DNA from: Nitrosopumilaceae archaeon
GTDB lineage: Archaea; Thermoproteota; Nitrososphaeria; Nitrososphaerales; Nitrosopumilaceae
Direction: 5' to 3'
Assembly: GCA_965214835.1 (NCBI GenBank)
Contig: CBDCCK010000002.1
Location: 2,496,001-2,560,000 of the forward strand
Length of the DNA: 64,000 bases
Shown in pieces: positions 50,018 to 60,990 of the stretch. The translations under genes were made by a program, and so were the position numbers. Below the pieces are notes generated by a model that was given only the letters and a program-made list of their open reading frames with translations, was not told where the DNA came from and made no database searches. The stretch's first letter is position 1. Every line of letters starts with the position of its first letter.

Positions 50018-51082
50018 TGTATTGTACGAAAATTAGGTCGCACTAATTTGAGGAGGGTTGCAAGGGATTACTTTAGGCTTTACCGATCAAGAAAACCGAT
50101 GGTTGCAAGGCTCAAGGCAAAGCAGATCAGATACGCAGTGACGCAGTGTGCAGGGGGACGAAAGCCCTCGGAGGTGGCCCCGGAGATAGGCGTCACGACA
50201 AGGCACGTCCAGCGGACGTATGCCAGGTTCAGGAAGACAGGCGACACGCACCACGTGCCGCTCAAGCCGGGAAGGAAAAGGAGCGCCCCGGTTCCCGACG
50301 TGGCCGTGCGCGCAGTCCTAGAGGAGTACAAACACAGTGCAGTAGGGGTGGTTCATACGGCCAAGAGGCTGCGAAGGCAACTCGATATAAGCTACTACGA
50401 GGTATACAGGATAATGAAAGAAAACGGACTGGTGACGCCATCGGCTGCAAAATCAATGCCCAGAAAATACGTCCGCTTTGAGCGCAAATACTCCAATGCC
50501 ATGTGGCACGTGGACTGGCATACCATGAAGGATCCGCGCTTTGCAGGGCTCAATTTGGTCACGTTTCTGGACGACTCGTCCAGATGCGTGACTGGTGCGG
50601 GCCTGTTCAGGGAGGCCACCTCGGAGAACGTCGTGGCGGTCCTGCGGCAGGCCGTGGCCCAGTTCGGCGCACCTGCTACTATTCTATCAGACAACGGCAA
50701 GTGCTTTGTCGGGACACGCTCGGATCCGAAGAAGAGAAAGAACCCTCCCAAGAAAGGGTGGACGCCGACTGCCTTTGAGGAGGAGCTGCTCAACCTCGGA
50801 ATCGAGCTGATAAACTCCAGGCCGTACCACCCACAGACCAACGGCAAGCTGGAACGCTTCCATCGGAGCATCGAGGAGGAGATATGGAACCACGAGAGCC
50901 TGTCTGCATACATAGGCTACTATAACGAGGACAGGCTGCACTGGTCGCTGGATATAGACAACTACGAGACGCCTCTGCGAGCATTCTGTGACAGGAAGGC
51001 CACAGAAGCGATCAGGAAAAGCAACCCAAAATGGATGGAGGAGGACACCGGTGATGGTGCGACATAATTTTCATATAATACA
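50018..51082 (+). mobile_element. IS481-family element
   Basis: 26-bp IR TGTATTGTACGAAAATTAGGTCGCAC / GTGCGACATAATTTTCATATAATACA; no TSD. Confidence 0.88.
50099..51067 (+). CDS. IS481 transposase
   Basis: WHVDW, LDDSSR, LSDNGKCF, SRPYHPQTNGKLERFH. Confidence 0.9.
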   Translation: MVARLKAKQIRYAVTQCAGGRKPSEVAPEIGVTTRHVQRTYARFRKTGDTHHVPLKPGRKRSAPVPDVAVRAVLEEYKHSAVGVVHTAKRLRRQLDISYYEVYRIMKENGLVTPSAAKSMPRKYVRFERKYSNAMWHVDWHTMKDPRFAGLNLVTFLDDSSRCVTGAGLFREATSENVVAVLRQAVAQFGAPATILSDNGKCFVGTRSDPKKRKNPPKKGWTPTAFEEELLNLGIELINSRPYHPQTNGKLERFHRSIEEEIWNHESLSAYIGYYNEDRLHWSLDIDNYETPLRAFCDRKATEAIRKSNPKWMEEDTGDGAT

Positions 51083-51084
51083 CC

Positions 51085-51807
51085 GGGGATTCTAACACCG
51101 GCAACCTTGAATATGATGCCAGTGAGGGCTCATCCAAGTCGTTTACATTTAATTCGGGGCATAGACACCTGAATCCGAAAAAAATCAGGGTGAAAATCAT
51201 GCCAAAGGGAATCCCTTTTGAGGTGCTAAAGGCAGTACCGTATCCGCGAGAGCCTGATAAAAGTATGAAGCGTGGTCAAGGTATGGTCATGAATAATCTG
51301 GAACAAGAAGAACTCAGACTGGATACCACAAAACCTGTCAAGTTTGATACGGATGCAGTCGTGGCCATATCCGTAATAGACAGGAACAATCCGGCAATTT
51401 GGGGCGATTATGAGGGAGAACTAGACGAAATTGCCAAGAAGTTTAATATCAAGGTCGATGTTATAGGAGACATGAGTGAGACGGTATCATCGGCTGTGGT
51501 TCCTGTAACATATGAAAGGCTCGGAATTATTATGGAGGGCGACGGCCTGATAAACACAATGAGACATGGTGATCCTGTTCGCAGTGGCGGCGGCCTCCCA
51601 TTCCAATGGATGGCAGATAATTATCGCAGCTGGGGGATGCCCGTATATGTTGTTGACGGGACACTCATTCATACTGACGATGATATGACCCCGGAACAGC
51701 TGGTTCAGCTGTATATTGACAAGGGAATCATCGTCAAGACCACCGGCAAGGCCTCGCGCGGCGGCACGCTTGACATCTACTGGCTCGCAGACAAATACCG
51801 TACCTGA
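51085..51807 (+). pseudogene. Hypothetical gene, probably 5'-truncated by IS481
   Basis: The frame of the 205-aa ORF stays open back to the IS481 end. Confidence 0.5.
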
Positions 51808-52139
51808 CATATAAGCTTGCAGCCGTCTCATTAAAGAAAAACGCCTTTTCCTATAATGGTGAGTCAGTTTGTTATAGATCCCTATAATGAGATGTCAATC
51901 CCTTAAATGATATGGAGGCGGATATGGTGAGATTCTTCCATAGTTAACGCTTCGGTCTGGGAGTGCCCTGCCTTTCCGCCGTACCGGTGCTGGGCACGAT
52001 TTCAGTGTCTGCTGAGTTTAATACAAATCTGTGCTATTGTTTAAAAATTAAATACTAACACCTCTAAATATAGGTGTTGATATATAAATATTATATGATT
52101 GGCACCTTGAATTTGGATGGCATGGTGGAGATATAAAAG

Positions 52140-53426
52140 ATGGGCAACCTGCTAGCTGCCCAACAACATGTTACAACTTGGCTTCTCAGATATGATGATG
52201 AATTTTTTGGATTGCTGTACCAAGACATCAATGAAACTCCAAGGGAGATTGCAACGCAGGTCTTTGAACACGGCAGAAGTGTATCGATATACGGCGTAAG
52301 GGGAATTGGCAAGACAACGCTGATGCAGGCTGTCTTATGGCACGGCTTGCAGAATCCCAGCAGGAAATTCTTGCCCGTAGTCGTTGAAGTTGTTGGAGCA
52401 AGCAGTGTTTCAAGTCAATCTGATCTTGCCGACAAGTTCTATCGTGCAGTCTTATCCGGATTAATATCTGCAGGCTCCCTAGGGAACAAACATAGCAAGA
52501 TAAAATCAGCCGTTGGCTCTCATGTTCCTTGGATTGCAGCATCAGCCGTCTCTGTACTGGGGCTAGTCTTTCCGCCGGTTGCAGTTGGTTCACATGCGAC
52601 TAAAAAGGCGCTAGGGGCATTGCTGGATGAATTTGGAATAAAAAAGGAAGTAGAGGGCAGTCTGCTGATAAGCAAAAACATTGAACCAAAAATTGCAGTT
52701 GATTTCATTGTTGAGAAGCTGGCAGATGCAGACGTCCATCCTGTTTTTGTGATGGATGAGCTTGACAAAGTCCCAAATGATGCAATGCTGTCAGAGTTTT
52801 TTAATGGAAACCAAGGATGGTTTCAAGGCAAGCGTTCGGTTATTTCTTTGTCCCATACATATGGCCAGTCAGTTGAAAAAAAGATGATAGAATCATTGGG
52901 AAGAATTTCTCAAGCTCAAAAAATTGAAGGGCCAACAGCAGTTGACCAATTCAAAAAAATTCTTCATGCAAGGTTGCTACTTGGGATATCAAACATAGAG
53001 CCAAACGAGTCACGTGCAACGAAAGCCGTGCAGAACATGTTTCCGGATGAGGTCATGGCGGCAGTTGTCAACATGTATGTTCCTAACCTGTACTTGATGC
53101 TTGAGCATTCTTATCGTGCAATGCAAAGGGCACGGACAAGAAATGGGACGCAGGTGATACTGAATGATTTGGAAAAATTTGAATCAAACGAGATCAGGGA
53201 GCCAACAGGGATTGAGATGAAAATCCTCAACCATCTGAGTAAAAATTCATCCAGTCCAAGGGAGTTGATTGCAAAAACCGGGAAAAACAGAGGCACCATA
53301 ACAAAAGGCATAAAGTCCCTGTACTCAGATGGCCTTATAGAAAAGACGGGAACTGGCAAGAGCGTAAGATATTCCATAACGCAAAAAGGCGAGACTGTGA
53401 GGAGGGTTGGCGGAGTAACAGGATAG
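52140..53426 (+). CDS. P-loop AAA+/STAND-like ATPase with C-terminal winged HTH
   Basis: GVRGIGKT Walker A, VFVMDELDK Walker B, C-terminal wHTH ending YSITQKG. Confidence 0.8.
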   Translation: MGNLLAAQQHVTTWLLRYDDEFFGLLYQDINETPREIATQVFEHGRSVSIYGVRGIGKTTLMQAVLWHGLQNPSRKFLPVVVEVVGASSVSSQSDLADKFYRAVLSGLISAGSLGNKHSKIKSAVGSHVPWIAASAVSVLGLVFPPVAVGSHATKKALGALLDEFGIKKEVEGSLLISKNIEPKIAVDFIVEKLADADVHPVFVMDELDKVPNDAMLSEFFNGNQGWFQGKRSVISLSHTYGQSVEKKMIESLGRISQAQKIEGPTAVDQFKKILHARLLLGISNIEPNESRATKAVQNMFPDEVMAAVVNMYVPNLYLMLEHSYRAMQRARTRNGTQVILNDLEKFESNEIREPTGIEMKILNHLSKNSSSPRELIAKTGKNRGTITKGIKSLYSDGLIEKTGTGKSVRYSITQKGETVRRVGGVTG

Positions 53427-53456
53427 CTGCTGCCTAGGCAGCAATCAGGCACGAAT
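53415..53456 (+). repeat. 42-bp IS66-like end sequence supplying the ATPase stop codon
   Basis: Matches 8144-8185; includes the TAG at 53424-53426. Confidence 0.7.
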
Positions 53457-53632
53457 TAGATGCATGATTGTGGTTTTCGTGCACGTCTGGCAAAGGGACG
53501 CGTCCACATACGACGCAGGCAGGCGCGGCCTGCATCCAAGGTATCTAATGAGTCACACCGTCTTGTGTATCAAATTAGACCACATAGATCTAATATCTGA
53601 TCGCAGAAAACATACAATGCAGGAGGCTTGCA

Positions 53633-53899
53633 TTGGCTAGGACTAGGAGGGCAAACAGGTACTGCGTCGACTGCGGCGCAAGGCTGGTCTACTATCCCCG
53701 GCTCTCAAACCCAAAGGCGCCCAACGAGCACCGCGTCCTGGTGTACGCCTGCCCTGACTGCACCGAGGACTTTGAGCGCCCAAAGATGTTCTCGATAAGG
53801 CGCAACCAGGTCGAGGATCCGCTAGAGACCGTCGAGATCGAGATCACGCAGGTGCAAAAAAAGGTAGCAGCGCGCGGTGAGTCTCGGACAGCATCCTGA
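53633..53899 (+). CDS. Small Zn-ribbon protein (88 aa)
   Basis: CVDC...CPDC; AGGAGG upstream. Confidence 0.75.
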   Translation: MARTRRANRYCVDCGARLVYYPRLSNPKAPNEHRVLVYACPDCTEDFERPKMFSIRRNQVEDPLETVEIEITQVQKKVAARGESRTAS

Positions 53900-54002
53900 G
53901 GCAAGGCAGGGCGCCGCCCGCACCGGAGATGCCTTCTGACTTAGGGTGGATCCGGCGACACGTGATCAAACCCCATTAATAAAGCCGCAGACGCGTAATC
54001 CC

Positions 54003-54185
54003 GTGCTGCACAAAGCATACCCCGTGTTCGTAGGACTGCTGGCACTTGGCGCCATAATCATATCCGTAGGGATGATAATCGACAGCGACGAGTACTGGCT
54101 GGTTGCCGACTATACGACCATCGGCATCTTTGCGGCCTCTGCCGTATTCCTGATCGCATTCAGGCAGAGGGGGTATGGGCAGTAA
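54003..54185 (+). CDS. Small two-TM membrane protein, block copy B
   Basis: Paralog of 24720-24902. Confidence 0.65.
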   Translation: MLHKAYPVFVGLLALGAIIISVGMIIDSDEYWLVADYTTIGIFAASAVFLIAFRQRGYGQ

Positions 54186-54401
54186 CTGTAGCCTGCAGGC
54201 TTTTTGCACAGGGCATCGCAGACTGCCCACCAGGGCCAAACCATGAGCCGCAGGGCGGCCTACGTGCATCCCCGAGTCGCGGGGATCACCTTACAAATGG
54301 GCATGAGTCCAAGGGATTCCAAGACCGGCAGCTCGGAGCTGACATAATCATCAAAGCAGGTTCACACAAAGGTTAAAGGACGCACGCGACAAACCATTCC
54401 C

Positions 54402-54602
54402 ATGCATCCCGAAAAACAAAGAAGCAACATGTGGTTTCTTTTGCCGATATTCATGAATGTGTGCGGTGGACTGATTGCATACTTTGTCCTGCGGCATGAC
54501 GACCCCAGAAAGGCCAAAAACTGCCTCTATCTCGGAATCGCCCTGATAGCAGTCGGCATCGCGACAAGCTTGATCTTTTCACTGACAGGCATAGACATGT
54601 GA
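54402..54602 (+). CDS. Small membrane protein (66 aa), block copy B
   Basis: Paralog of 25117-25317. Confidence 0.75.
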   Translation: MHPEKQRSNMWFLLPIFMNVCGGLIAYFVLRHDDPRKAKNCLYLGIALIAVGIATSLIFSLTGIDM

Positions 54603-54832
54603 GTCATGACAGGCATCAGCTGATCCTTCCGAGGATCTGCAGTCCCCAGGCCAAGAGCCGCGTGGACAGATCAGCTGCGGCCGTCCGGGCCCTTTCACTG
54701 CGGCGTTTTTTCCCCGGGCATCGTTCTGTCTTTTTTTTGAAGGTTCCCGGCGGGCCAGAAGCGCCGCTTTGCCACCCCCTGAAAGAGCTGCCTGCAGAGT
54801 ACAGTCATGAGTAGAGGGCCGCACGGGATGTC

Positions 54833-55282
54833 ATGAAGGCGGCAAGGCTCAGGGACAGCGTGGAGAGGTGGCTGGTTCATGAAAGCTACAGGTTCTCCCA
54901 GATACAAAATGATGGAAACAACTTTACCCTGACGGTAAAGCATGCCGGCTCATTTGGAAACCAGATCGAGGTCTTCAGTCCAAGGCGGCAAAACGTCGTC
55001 CTGGTAGTAGGCAGCCTCGTGCCCCTAGCAAACCGCCAGAATGCCAGGTATCAAAAGCTGAACCATGCGCAAAGGGAGAGCATTGCAAGAAAGATAGGCG
55101 ACTATTGCCACTCCATAAGGGCCATAAACAGGATGATGCTGGAGGACGGCAAGATGACAGTCGGCGTATACGCGGTGCTAGATGACGAGGAAAAGCTCAA
55201 CCAGCACGACTTTGCCGATACCATGATCCGGGTTGCAAAGATGGGCGACAGGATGGCTCGGTTTTTGCTAAAGACGTTCTAG
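54833..55282 (+). CDS. DUF2299-like protein, block copy B
   Basis: Paralog of 25530-25979. Confidence 0.65.
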   Translation: MKAARLRDSVERWLVHESYRFSQIQNDGNNFTLTVKHAGSFGNQIEVFSPRRQNVVLVVGSLVPLANRQNARYQKLNHAQRESIARKIGDYCHSIRAINRMMLEDGKMTVGVYAVLDDEEKLNQHDFADTMIRVAKMGDRMARFLLKTF

Positions 55283-55716
55283 CTCCGGGCACCCACAAGG
55301 CAGGATCACACAAAAGCTTTGATTCGGGCTCTTGCTCTGCTGGCCAGACGAGACCATGGCGAGGCCTGTGCAGCACCGTTGCTCTCATAGTGCAAATATT
55401 TTACCCGCATGTTTTTTGCACTTTTTGCATGCTTACAGCAACATGTCCCCCCCATGTGACATGATCCGGGACCCGGTAAAAAGACGTACGAGGCCGCCCG
55501 CCCCCCAGTCAGGCACAAGTTGGCGCGTATAGCTCGCACAAAAAAATCCAAGGTTCCAGTTCGGCTTGGTTGACTGCATGGAGACGGCAGCGATCCTGTC
55601 AGGACGGCACGGTACACATGCGGCTGCGCGCTCTGGTACTGCATGCCGGCACGCATGATCTTCGCCGACGCGGCGATCAGCATCACGCTTATGAACGGCA
55701 TCACAGAACGCCATAC

Positions 55717-58700
55717 ATGATTGTTCTGCATGCCGGCGTGGTCGACAACGGCATGGCGTTCTGGGGCGAGATCGCAGGCGACGGCGAGTCTCGCAGACCC
55801 GCAAGGGGCAGAAAGGCCAAAATCAGCAGGCACCCGTACTCTGCCACCGCGCAGGAGATCAGCGACAGGTTTGCAGCGCAGAGGGGCATGAATGTCAGTG
55901 GGAGCACCGTTGCTGCAAGCGTATGGCTTCCAAGTACGGAGGATGGCCCCCTCCCTTCGGGCGGGGGCGGCATGCAGCCAGGATCCGGCGGGGAGATCAG
56001 CCTCATGCGGTGGGGGATCAAGGCGGTATCGCTCTCGTGGATGGACTCCATACGGGTGCTCTCAGAGGTGGTGCGCAACAAGAGTGTCGTGGCCGGGATG
56101 ACCGTCGGTCCTGACCTTGCATACTGGGCCGACGTCCTGCGCCTTGCCGCATCGATAGTGGCGCGCCAGAAGTTCATGCCGGATCTGTCGACGTATGACG
56201 GCTCGCACGAGGCATATTGGATCCCCCTGACCACCGGCAGTGAGCAGGAACGGCTCGACGTCCTGGCAGCCCGCATGCCGCCGGCCGCCCGCGCGCTTGA
56301 TCACGCCAAGAAGACCATGCCCAGGGAGCCGCCTGCCACGTTGCTCGACACTACTTGGGCCAGCCTAGTCGACGGCATCGTGCGCGCCAGGGCGCTGGCA
56401 GGGGTGCCGCGAGGATATACCAGGCGGAGACACTTTAACAGCACGCATGACGGCTGGCTTCACTCCCTGAGGACCGAGTACCCCGCCATGGGTAACTACC
56501 CGGCCGTCACCGCGCTTGAGAAAAAGGTACACGTATGGCAGTACCCGCTCACCCACCTGAACAACCCGCTTCTAAAGATGTGCCTCCGCCTCGAGGATCC
56601 CCAAGAGGGCATGGACGGGTCCGGCCTGTACTGGCCCATCAGGTACTTTGTACAGTCCCGCAAGGATCCCGGCCCCATGGTTCCTGCCGACGAGATATGG
56701 AGTAAAAAGACTGCCATTCCGGGGCTCGACGGCGCGCATGCAAGGGGGCTCATGATGGCAGCGCTTGGGAGCGCAGCCACAATAGTAGCCGGAATGTCCG
56801 AGGGCATAAAAAAGTACGGGGTGGCAGGATATGCCGTCGGCACCGCCGAGGCCCACAGGTTCCTGCGCGAGGAGGCGCCGATCCTAGAGCAGTTCGGATA
56901 CGGCGTCATGCTGCCCTCGTGGTGGGCCGGCGGCCGCGCGGGGGCCGGGCTGAGGGCGCGTGCCAGCGTGACATCAAGGATGAAGACCGGCAGGATGCTG
57001 GACATAAACTCCCTGGTCAGCTTCGACTGGAAGCTTGCCCTCGGGGATCAGGGCATCACGCTGGACGAGCTGCGGGGGCTGGCAGAGGAGAAGGCGCCGC
57101 TGGTCAACATGCACGGCAGGTGGATCGAGACGGGGTCAGAGGAGATCCGGCGCGCGATAGACTTTGTGACAGAAAACGAGACGGCCACCGTCCGCGACAC
57201 GGTGATGATGGGGATCGGTGCAGGCACCGCGCCCGAGTGGGTGGATCTCGAGGTCTCCAGCAGCGACGACAGGATTGCAGGCATGATGGGGATGCTCAGG
57301 GGGGACGCGGCGGTGAAGGAGCTGCCGCAGCCCGAGGGGTTCGAAGGCACGCTGCGCCCGTACCAGCTGCACGGGTACTCGTGGCTGTCGTTCCTGCAGG
57401 GGATCGGCATGGGCGGGTGCCTGGCCGACGACATGGGGCTGGGCAAGACCGTCCAGGTGCTGGCGCTGATCCAGCAGTACAGGCTGGACGGCGGGAGGCA
57501 GCCGGTACTCCTCGTCTGCCCGACGTCGGTGATGGACAACTGGAGGAGGGAGGCAGCCAGGTTCGCCCCCGGCATCTCGGTGGCAATCCACCACGGATCG
57601 GACAGGAGGAGGGGCGACGCGTTTGCAGAGGAGGCCGCAGGATGTGACGTGATAGTCTCCAGCTACGGCCTGGTACAGCGCGACATAGAATCTGTCAGCA
57701 AGGTCAGGTGGGGTGGCGTGGTGCTTGACGAGGCGCAGAACATCAAGAACGCAGACACCAGGCAGGCGCGCGCAGTCAGGACGCTGGATGCCGGGTTTCG
57801 CTTTGCGCTGACGGGCACACCAGTCGAGAACAACGTCGGCGACATCTGGTCGATAATGGAGTTTCTCAACCCCGGGCTGCTCGGGACCCGGGCCGAGTTC
57901 AGGCGGAATTTTTTTGCGCCCATACAGACGAGGAGGGACGCCGCGGCAACCGAGACGCTCAGGCGCATAGTAAGCCCGTTCATGCTGCGCAGGCTCAAGA
58001 CGGACAGGTCGGTGATCTCGGACCTGCCAGAGAAGATGGAGGCCAACACCTACTGCTCGCTGACCCGCGAGCAGGCCTCCCTGTATGCTGCCGTGCTCAA
58101 GGATCTCGAGGAGAGGATCAGCTCGGCCGAAGGCATACAGCGAAAGGGGCTCATACTGGCCGCGCTGACCAAGCTCAAGCAGATCTGCAACCATCCGGCG
58201 CACTTTCTCAAGGACGGCTCGTCCATACCGGACCGGTCCGGCAAGCTGTCAAGGCTGACTGAGATGCTCGAGGAGGTGACAGAGTCCGGTGATCAGGCGC
58301 TGATATTCACCCAGTTCGTCGAGATGGGCGAGATACTCAGACGGCACATATGTGAGACGACCGGCCGCGAGGTGCCGTTCCTGCACGGCGGGACGCCGAG
58401 AAGGCAGCGCGACGTGATGGTAGAAAGGTTCCAGGACGGAGGATCAGGGGTGCTTGTGGTCTCGCTCAAGGCAGGAGGTACAGGTCTGAACCTGACGGCG
58501 GCAAACCACGTGTTTCACTTTGACCGCTGGTGGAACCCGGCAGTCGAGGACCAGGCCACCGACAGGGCGTTTCGCATAGGGCAGGAGCGCAACGTCCAGG
58601 TGCACAAGATGATATGCTCCGGTACGCTAGAAGAGAGGATAGACGAGATGATACGCCGCAAGAAGGAGATATCCGACGAGGTGATCGGCACCGGCGAGGG

Positions 58701-58773
58701 CTGGCTGACGAGCCTTTCTGATGATGACATCCGCAAGGTGCTGTCTCTGAGCAGGGAGGCCATCCAGATATGA
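55717..58773 (+). CDS. SNF2-family helicase/ATPase
   Basis: LRPYQ, LADDMGLGKT, LDEAQNIKN, LTGTPVEN, LRRLK, SLKAGGTGLNLT, QATDRAFRIGQ; start MIVLH. Confidence 0.93.
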   Translation: MIVLHAGVVDNGMAFWGEIAGDGESRRPARGRKAKISRHPYSATAQEISDRFAAQRGMNVSGSTVAASVWLPSTEDGPLPSGGGGMQPGSGGEISLMRWGIKAVSLSWMDSIRVLSEVVRNKSVVAGMTVGPDLAYWADVLRLAASIVARQKFMPDLSTYDGSHEAYWIPLTTGSEQERLDVLAARMPPAARALDHAKKTMPREPPATLLDTTWASLVDGIVRARALAGVPRGYTRRRHFNSTHDGWLHSLRTEYPAMGNYPAVTALEKKVHVWQYPLTHLNNPLLKMCLRLEDPQEGMDGSGLYWPIRYFVQSRKDPGPMVPADEIWSKKTAIPGLDGAHARGLMMAALGSAATIVAGMSEGIKKYGVAGYAVGTAEAHRFLREEAPILEQFGYGVMLPSWWAGGRAGAGLRARASVTSRMKTGRMLDINSLVSFDWKLALGDQGITLDELRGLAEEKAPLVNMHGRWIETGSEEIRRAIDFVTENETATVRDTVMMGIGAGTAPEWVDLEVSSSDDRIAGMMGMLRGDAAVKELPQPEGFEGTLRPYQLHGYSWLSFLQGIGMGGCLADDMGLGKTVQVLALIQQYRLDGGRQPVLLVCPTSVMDNWRREAARFAPGISVAIHHGSDRRRGDAFAEEAAGCDVIVSSYGLVQRDIESVSKVRWGGVVLDEAQNIKNADTRQARAVRTLDAGFRFALTGTPVENNVGDIWSIMEFLNPGLLGTRAEFRRNFFAPIQTRRDAAATETLRRIVSPFMLRRLKTDRSVISDLPEKMEANTYCSLTREQASLYAAVLKDLEERISSAEGIQRKGLILAALTKLKQICNHPAHFLKDGSSIPDRSGKLSRLTEMLEEVTESGDQALIFTQFVEMGEILRRHICETTGREVPFLHGGTPRRQRDVMVERFQDGGSGVLVVSLKAGGTGLNLTAANHVFHFDRWWNPAVEDQATDRAFRIGQERNVQVHKMICSGTLEERIDEMIRRKKEISDEVIGTGEGWLTSLSDDDIRKVLSLSREAIQI

Positions 58774-59696
58774 CACGATACGGCCGGCACGATTCGATCA
58801 GGGTGACCAAGTGGAATATCAGGATGAAGGCGGACTTGGATTGGCCGCAAAGCGGGCCTGTCCGCAAGTGGATGCACATGCTGGGCGCATCATGCGCCGC
58901 TGAAGGCAAGGGCCGCCATCACGACGTCAGGAATCTTCCCAATTTCGAGATTCTGGAGGCTGCAGAGGCCGACATGACCACGAATCTCGGCAGGATGCAT
59001 GCACAAAGCGGACACGTGACATCAATGAACGTGTACCTCGGACAGGTCAGTGCGTGGGTGCAGGAGCCCGGGGGATTTTCATACAGGGTTGACATGTGGA
59101 TCGACGTGATTGACGCGCCCGCGTGGAAGAGGCTGGCAGAGTCGCTGTCCACGCGGCCGGACATAGCCTCAGAAATCCTTGCAAGAAGGATGCCCGGCCA
59201 CATAGAGCATGCATTCGAGTCAGCCGGCCTGCGCCTCTTTCCCACAAGGGATAAGATCAAGGTCTGGTGCCCGTGCAGTGACGGGGCCAGACTGTGCAGA
59301 CATGCCATGGCCGCCTTCTTCGTGCTTGCCCAGGAGTGCGAACGCAATCCCTTCTTGATGTTCGTGCTGCGCGGGTGCGATATAGTGGATCTGACGGAGA
59401 CGGCAGGCCTCGTACTCATACCCAAGGCGATGCCAGAGATCAGCAGTGATCCTGTCGAGCCGACATCCGAGCCCCTGCCTGCGGATCCGGACGTCTTCTG
59501 GGGCAGGGATGCGGACGCATACGATCACGAGGACGCGTTTATTCCCGCCACAAACGCCGTGGTACCCAAGATGCTCGGGGAGTTCCCGTTCTGGCAGGGC
59601 AGCGACGACTTTGCCCCGATGATGGAGAAGATATACCGAGAGGCGTCCCAGGACGGCATGAGGCTGTTCCGGGGGGAGCCGCGCGACGGCATCTAA
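58770..59696 (+). CDS. SWIM zinc-finger partner of SNF2
   Basis: LFP......CPCSD....CRH..A...NPF..F.LRG; ATGA overlap with the SNF2 gene. Confidence 0.85.
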   Translation: MTRYGRHDSIRVTKWNIRMKADLDWPQSGPVRKWMHMLGASCAAEGKGRHHDVRNLPNFEILEAAEADMTTNLGRMHAQSGHVTSMNVYLGQVSAWVQEPGGFSYRVDMWIDVIDAPAWKRLAESLSTRPDIASEILARRMPGHIEHAFESAGLRLFPTRDKIKVWCPCSDGARLCRHAMAAFFVLAQECERNPFLMFVLRGCDIVDLTETAGLVLIPKAMPEISSDPVEPTSEPLPADPDVFWGRDADAYDHEDAFIPATNAVVPKMLGEFPFWQGSDDFAPMMEKIYREASQDGMRLFRGEPRDGI

Positions 59697-59788
59697 CGGG
59701 ACGCCACGGAGCAGGGCCCGAAAGGTGAGACCGTCCACCGGCACTCCCCCACCGAAGGCATTATTTTCCAACGGATTCCAGAAAGGGC

Positions 59789-60081
59789 GTGCCCTCCTTT
59801 GACGGCTTTACCGAGGGTGAATTTGAGGGGATATTCCCAAACATCTTGAATCTGACTTGCAGGGACAACACGTACAAGTTCGCCCTCGCCCGGTTCCTCC
59901 TGGATTACAGCAGAGAGCACGGGCCCCCGGAGACGCACATCTGGTTCCGTACCGCAGCAGGGTCGTCAACCACAACAAGAAATACGTGGATCCCGACTCT
60001 GGCATGACGCTCAGCCCCGAGGCGATGGCGTTTCTCAAGAAATACAACGTCGTCCTGCCAAAGGCAGCAATACCGGAGTGA
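59789..60081 (+). pseudogene. Fragment of an HNH endonuclease-like gene
   Basis: DNTYKFALARFLLDY resembles the N-terminus of restriction-type HNH proteins; frame broken, no HNH domain left. Confidence 0.45.
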
Positions 60082-60333
60082 TCCCGATTCCTCGAGCAGA
60101 TGAACCAGCCTCATCTGAATTGTCTCGAGCCCGGGATAATTTGACGTGGTACTTGTGGGAAGACTGCTTTAATGAAAACATTCTAAAAAACAGTCAATGT
60201 GTATGCTGTCCTGCACGCACGCCCGGTCTTTACGAGCATGTCCCGCCCGAAATACAGCTATGACCAGGACGCAATCCGCCAGACATGCGTTTGGGTCGCT
60301 ACACATATTATCTCATTTGGTGCAATGTGACGC

Positions 60334-60990
60334 ATGCGAACTCGTGCAGGCAGACAGGGTTCCAGCCGGGCAGGCAGCAGACATGCTGTTGTCGCCTGCA
60401 CCCTTTCTGCATCCCTGTTTTTATTGGCATTCATGTTCCCCGCGTCGGCGCCGGCGCTTGCACAGCCGGATCCAGAATACGTTCCCACATGGGTCCGCGA
60501 CCTTGCCCTATTGTTTGATAGTGGCGGCATCACCGCTGCCGAATTCGACGCGGCGCTGACATACCTGATAAACAACGGCATTCTGGATTTCGGCAGTATA
60601 GATCCTCCAGAGGCTGACAATCCAGAGATGGTCAAAGGGACGATGGTGCGCGTCATAGACGGCAACACGGTGCACATAGACAGCACGAGAATAAGGCTGT
60701 CGTTGGTTGACGTAGAGAATAGTGGGGACACGGAGGCCCCGCACGCCGTCCTTGCCAGAATCCTGTGCCCGGTTGGTTCGGTGGCATATCACGACGTTGA
60801 CGACATGCAGCCAGTAGACGTGTATGGCAGGACGGTTGCAGTCGTGTACTGCTCTGGTGCATCACTCAACCAACTGATGGTGGAGTTTGGGCTCGGTTGG
60901 ATAAACGAGTACTATTGTCCGCGATCCGAGTTTCACGACGAGAGGTGGGCGTGGCCATGCGCCGATGTCGTACATGGCAGAGCGGGCTAG
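60334..60990 (+). CDS. Secreted thermonuclease (SNase)-like protein
   Basis: Signal peptide; VPTWVR...EF..AL.YLI..GI thaumarchaeal-type domain; RVIDGNT, IRL, DVYGRTVA. Confidence 0.8.
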   Translation: MRTRAGRQGSSRAGSRHAVVACTLSASLFLLAFMFPASAPALAQPDPEYVPTWVRDLALLFDSGGITAAEFDAALTYLINNGILDFGSIDPPEADNPEMVKGTMVRVIDGNTVHIDSTRIRLSLVDVENSGDTEAPHAVLARILCPVGSVAYHDVDDMQPVDVYGRTVAVVYCSGASLNQLMVEFGLGWINEYYCPRSEFHDERWAWPCADVVHGRAG

